Shown here piece after piece: positions 55,280 through 64,000 of a DNA stretch of 64,000 nucleotides (position 1 is the stretch's first letter; every line of letters begins with the position of its first letter). The stretch is from Eledone cirrhosa (lineage: Eukaryota): positions 39,680,001 to 39,744,000 of the forward strand of contig OZ024758.1 in assembly GCA_964016885.1 (NCBI GenBank), in the 5' to 3' direction. The translations under genes and the position numbers were made by a program. A model generated the notes under the pieces. The model was given only the letters and a program-made list of their open reading frames with translations. It searched no databases and was not told the DNA's origin.

Positions 55280-55931
55280 TATTTAATTTTAAAATTTTAA
55301 AATTTAAATTTAAATTTTATTTATTTATTTAATTTTTATTTATTTATTTCTTTATTTATTTATTTAATTACATTTAATTACATTTAATTATACATATAAT
55401 TATAATTACACATTTGATTTTAATGTTAATTTAGTCTATGTTATTTGATTTTAGTTTACCTTATTTTATCTTATTTTACGATTATACTATATTATGTTCT
55501 ATGTATATAATTTTTAATTTTTAATTGTATATTATTTTATCTCATTCCTTACCCTATATTTTATATTTTATATGTAAGTTTGTTATGTATTTCTTTGTAT
55601 TTCTTTTTATATATATTATAAGTCTGTTTTTTACCTATTTTTTACCTATTTTTTACCTACTCTTACCTAATCCCATTATCTTATCTACTCTTGTCTGTTC
55701 TCTTATCCATGTGTCTACTCTTGTCTGTTCTCTTATCCATGTGTATGCTTGTATGTAACTATATGTTGACAGCACACCGCCCAACTGTGACAGATAGCAC
55801 CCCTTATTTTTATTTTTATTTTTATTTTACTTTTATTTTTTATTTTTTTATTCTTATCCTCTATCGTCTATTATTACCTTTCATTCTTCAATGTCTTGGA
55901 TTTGTTATTGCTTGTATGGTATGTAATTAAC

Positions 55932-55989
55932 CTTTATGCTCTGATGAGTCCCACTTATAGTGTGGATGAAACAATGTTAGCAAGTAAAG
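55932..55989 (+). ncRNA. Type-I hammerhead ribozyme, family C
   Basis: CUUUAUGCU-CUGAUGA-GUCCCAC-UUAUA-GUGUGGAU-GAAAC-AAU-GUU^AGCA-AG-UAAAG. Confidence 0.85.
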
Positions 55990-56030
55990 ATATGCATATG
56001 CTATAAGCGTTCTTTGTTATTTATTTATTA

Positions 56031-59993
<3,963 letters not shown>

Positions 59994-60033
59994 AAAATAA
60001 AGTTAAATAAAAGTCAAATGATTAAAATTTAGC

Positions 60034-60103
60034 TTCGTTTATTACTGCTATATATATTTCAGTGACAGCCATCTTTGGCTGTGACCTCTTCAGGCAGTTT
60101 GAA
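60034..60103 (-). ncRNA. Type-I hammerhead ribozyme, family D (intact)
   Basis: ACUGC-CUGAAGA-GGUCACAGCCA-AAGA-UGGCUGUCACU-GAAA-UAUAUA-UA^GCAGU. Confidence 0.82.
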
Positions 60104-60140
60104 TTAGTATGGTATAGACAAGTTGTCTATACCATACTAA

Positions 60141-60210
60141 TTCAAACTGCCTGAAGACGTCACAGCCAAAGATGGCTGTCACTGAAATATATATAGCAAT
60201 AATAAACGAA
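60141..60210 (+). ncRNA. Type-I hammerhead ribozyme, family D (two destabilising substitutions)
   Basis: Same core; the first base of stem II is G>C and stem I GCAGU>GCAAU. Confidence 0.65.
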
Positions 60211-60336
60211 GCTAAATTTTAATCATTTGACCCTTTATTTAACTTTATTTTCCACTACTTCGGAGTAACCAAACCTTCGTTGAGTGCTCCAGCCTGCATA
60301 CTGAGGTGTTGGTATACAACCAACATATATTCAAAA

Positions 60337-60380
<44 letters not shown>

Positions 60381-60400
60381 CATATATATTTATATATATA

Positions 60401-61740
60401 TAACTTTGAATAACTTTGAAATGTTTTGGCCAGTATTGGCCCAGGCCATGTCTAACTTAATAGCACCACCTGGCGAAGTCTTTCAATTCAGGATTTGGGC
60501 ACCATGGCCCATTCGAGAAGAGAATTACTGTTTGCGGAGACATATCCGGGTGTGGGTGGTTTGTCCGGGATTACTTGGAGGAATTTGTCCAAAGACTTCT
60601 TGAATTTTGTGTGGTCAGTTTCTGTTTTGACGTGTCCTGGTGTGATGTTGAAGAGAGCAGGGCCGATTGAGGTGAAATAATTGTGCCGTATTGTTGTTAT
60701 GAGTTGCGATTTAGATTTTTGAATGGGACGGATAGCACGGGGCCCAAGCCTTGGGTGTATCTTAAAGGCGATGCCAACATCATTTGGGCAGTGATGATGG
60801 AACATTTTCCACATCATGCAGATAATATAACGCTCACGGCGACGTTGGAGTGAGTAAAGTTTCAGGTTTTCCAATCGACCCCAGTAGTCAAGGTCTGACA
60901 TGCCATCTATCTTTTTCGTGATTGCCCTTTGAGGAGCTTCAAGTTTCATGATACTTTGTTTCGTGTGGGGAGACCACAGTGGACAACAGTATTCAAGGTG
61001 TGGTCGGGCGAAAGTAGAGAAGAGAAGGATAATGGTGCGGGAATCTCTCGACTGGAAGGTTCTGAGGATCCAGGAACACATTCTGCGGGCCATGTCAACT
61101 TTGCTGCTTATATGCGTGGTCCAGCTTATGTTGCTGTCCACGGTTACTCCCAAGTCTCTGATGTTGTTAGATGCCACGAGAGTTTCCCCGGAGGGAAGGG
61201 AGTACGGGAGTTTCAGAGCATCCTCTTTTCCAAAGTGGATCAGTTCGAATTTGTCTTCGTTCAGTAACATGTTGTTCTTTTCTGCCCATTGGGTAACAGC
61301 CAGTAGGTCTGACTGAAGGCTTATCCGGTCATCCACGCCATTGATGACCTTTTGGAGCTTGGAATCATCAGCGAAAATTTTAATGTTGCTGTGTTTGATG
61401 ATGTCAGTGATGTCATTAATATAGATGATGAAGAGAAGTGGGCCCAACACAGTGCCTTGTGGGACTCCACTACTGACTTTGGCTGGGCTTGATTTGACTC
61501 CCTCAACTACAACATGTTGGGTTCTGTTTGACAGGAAGCTCTTGATCCACTGCAGCAGCTTTCCAGTGACACCAATATTGGACAGCTTTCTCAGTAGAAT
61601 GTTATGATCAACCCTGTCAAAGGCCTTGCTGAAATCAAGGTAGATAACATCAGTGTTGGAACCCTCTCCCAAGGCTCTCAAAATGTCATCAAAGTGATGC
61701 AGTAGTTGCGTCAGGCAATCCCTTCCATTACGGAATCCAT
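60401..61740 (-). mobile_element. 5'-truncated CR1/Jockey-group LINE (RT), second subfamily
   Basis: [46 protein letters not shown]; (TTCAAAGTTA)2 tail. The ORF part beyond 61740 is microsatellite. Confidence 0.92.
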
Positions 61741-61865
61741 ATGTATATATATATATACATATATATGTATATAAATATATATATAAATATATATACATAT
61801 ATATGTATATAAATATATATATAAATATATATACATATATATGGATATAAATATATATATAAATA

Positions 61866-61941
<76 letters not shown>

Positions 61942-61947
61942 TATATG

Positions 61948-61987
<40 letters not shown>

Positions 61988-62063
61988 TATATGTATGTAT
62001 ATATATATATATATATATATAAATATATATGTATGTATATATATATATATATATATATAAATA

Positions 62064-62103
<40 letters not shown>

Positions 62104-62143
62104 TATATGTATGTATATATATATATATATATATATACATATA

Positions 62144-62263
<120 letters not shown>

Positions 62264-62335
62264 TATTTATATATATATATATATATACATACATATATAT
62301 TTATATATATATATATATATATATACATACATATA

Positions 62336-62373
<38 letters not shown>

Positions 62374-62383
62374 CATATATATT

Positions 62384-62453
<70 letters not shown>

Positions 62454-62789
62454 TATTTATATATATATTTATATCCATATATATGTATATATATTTATAT
62501 ATATATTTATATACATATATATGTATATATATTTATATATATATTTATATACATATATATGTATATATATATATACATATATATGTATATATATATATAC
62601 ATATATATGTATATATACATATATATGTATATATATATATATATACATATATATGTATATATATATATACATATATATGTATATATATATATATATACAT
62701 ATATATGTATATATATATATATATACATATATATGTATATATATATATATATACATATATATGTATATATATATATATATACATATATA

Positions 62790-62821
<32 letters not shown>

Positions 62822-62825
62822 CATA

Positions 62826-62872
<47 letters not shown>

Positions 62873-62894
62873 AGATCAAAAGATGGTTAAAGGA

Positions 62895-62980
62895 GTTCCA
62901 TGTATTTTATTATGCGCATTTCAAAAACAAACATCATCATGCAATAATATTTGTGTTTTCATCAGATAAAACAGGAGAAC
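62895..62980 (-). ncRNA. Type-I hammerhead ribozyme, family B
   Basis: Reverse complement of 63090-63175. Confidence 0.82.
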
Positions 62981-63089
62981 ATGATATGAAGGCTAAAAAA
63001 CACTTGTGGATAGTGCAGTTTTAAATCAACATATCATATGTTGATTTAAAACTGCACTATCCACAAGTGTTTTTTAGTCTTCATATCAT

Positions 63090-63175
63090 GTTCTCCTGTT
63101 TTATCTGATGAAAACACAAATATTATTGCATGATGATGTTTGTTTTTGAAATGCGCATAATAAAATACATGGAAC
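63090..63175 (+). ncRNA. Type-I hammerhead ribozyme, family B
   Basis: CTGATGA at 63105-63111, GAAA at 63148-63151, predicted cleavage after 63159. Confidence 0.82.
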
Positions 63176-63293
63176 TCCTTTAACCATCTTTTGATCTTAT
63201 ATTATGTATACTCCAGTCCTACAAACTGTAGAGTGCTTCTTAACCGATATCTGCATTGCTTTATTGTACTACAATAAAACTCACCTCCTACAT

Positions 63294-63367
<74 letters not shown>

Positions 63368-64000
63368 TATATTTATTCAGGTATGAGGTTCACCACTGTA
63401 TAGAGCTGGTCTATTCCGTATGGTCAATCGTAATGCAATAATATAGAGAGTACTCAACGTGAAGCAGTTCAACTGTCTTTGTTTTACGGAGTTAAATATT
63501 ATAATGAAATGACAGGAGGCTGGATTTGTGTAAATCCTTGAAAGGTTTATTATACTATGATCATTTCAATGACCGGGTTCCGTATGAATCCGGTGATATC
63601 ATCAGGTATTCGAAATATAATACGTGAATGTAATAGGTAAAATCCATGGGGCTGAAAATCGAGACCCGAGGGCGACCGCTATTCTGTTCCTTCAACCTCA
63701 GCCGGTCGCCCTGGAGTGACGTGGCTAAATTTTATAGTATGCTACTACCGGTCAGATAAATGAAAACAAAAAGGGATGGGAGCATAAGTACTTTCTACTT
63801 CCCTTATTCGGACTTTTACTCGCGTGTGCCCTTAGCACACGTCACTGGAATATCTCCCCCTGGGAACATAAATACCGCAACCTGAACTATATTGTATTTC
63901 TCCTGCGTCTTGAACTCTACATTTACTAGACAACGACTATTGTTTGTTTATCTATATCTTCACATCTTTGTTTGCTGTATTAATGTCTTTCCACGTACTC

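Larger units (their letters stand above)
53874..56030. mobile_element. 2.15-kb non-coding element with ~113-bp inverted termini, each containing a hammerhead (family C)
   Basis: 53874-53986 is the reverse complement of 55918-56030. Flanked by (TA)n, with internal direct repeats at 54760-55125 and no credible ORF. Confidence 0.8.
59994..60338. mobile_element. Palindromic hammerhead mini-element, family D, in (TA)n
   Basis: Arms 59994-60121 and 60123-60251 around a 1-nt centre, plus an ~87-bp unpaired tail. Confidence 0.8.
62866..63295. mobile_element. Palindromic hammerhead mini-element, family B, in (TA)n
   Basis: Arms 62866-63034 and 63036-63204, plus an ~90-bp tail to 63295. Confidence 0.85.

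Noticed and set aside
63384-64000. Unique-looking terminal sequence
   Set aside because: No ORF, RNA motif or repeat partner recognisable within the window.

Overview
Eukaryotic, very AT- and microsatellite-rich, TE-dense DNA, most likely from an octopod cephalopod (inferred from the SINE families, (TA)n load and YHCEICGK-type C2H2 fingers). Host content: 138-bp symmetric phase-1 EGF-like exons on the minus strand (one exon present as three identical copies through a tandem segmental duplication) and a decayed C2H2 zinc-finger gene. Mobile content: a 12.3-kb partial-tandem plus inverted Penelope-like (Naiad-type RT + GIY-YIG) insertion with an intact ORF, whose empty site is visible in a sister duplicate; a second, decayed copy of that family; CR1/Jockey-like and RTE LINE fragments; two SINE families; and SINE-derived minisatellites. 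Main discovery: 14 hand-folded type-I hammerhead ribozyme motifs in 5 sequence-unrelated families. Three families are non-coding, mostly sit in (TA)n and form palindromes or inverted repeats with the same end geometry as the autonomous element, suggesting a helper/parasite system of ribozyme mini-retroelements. Most long ORFs in the supplied track are microsatellite artefacts. All folding and alignments were done by eye.
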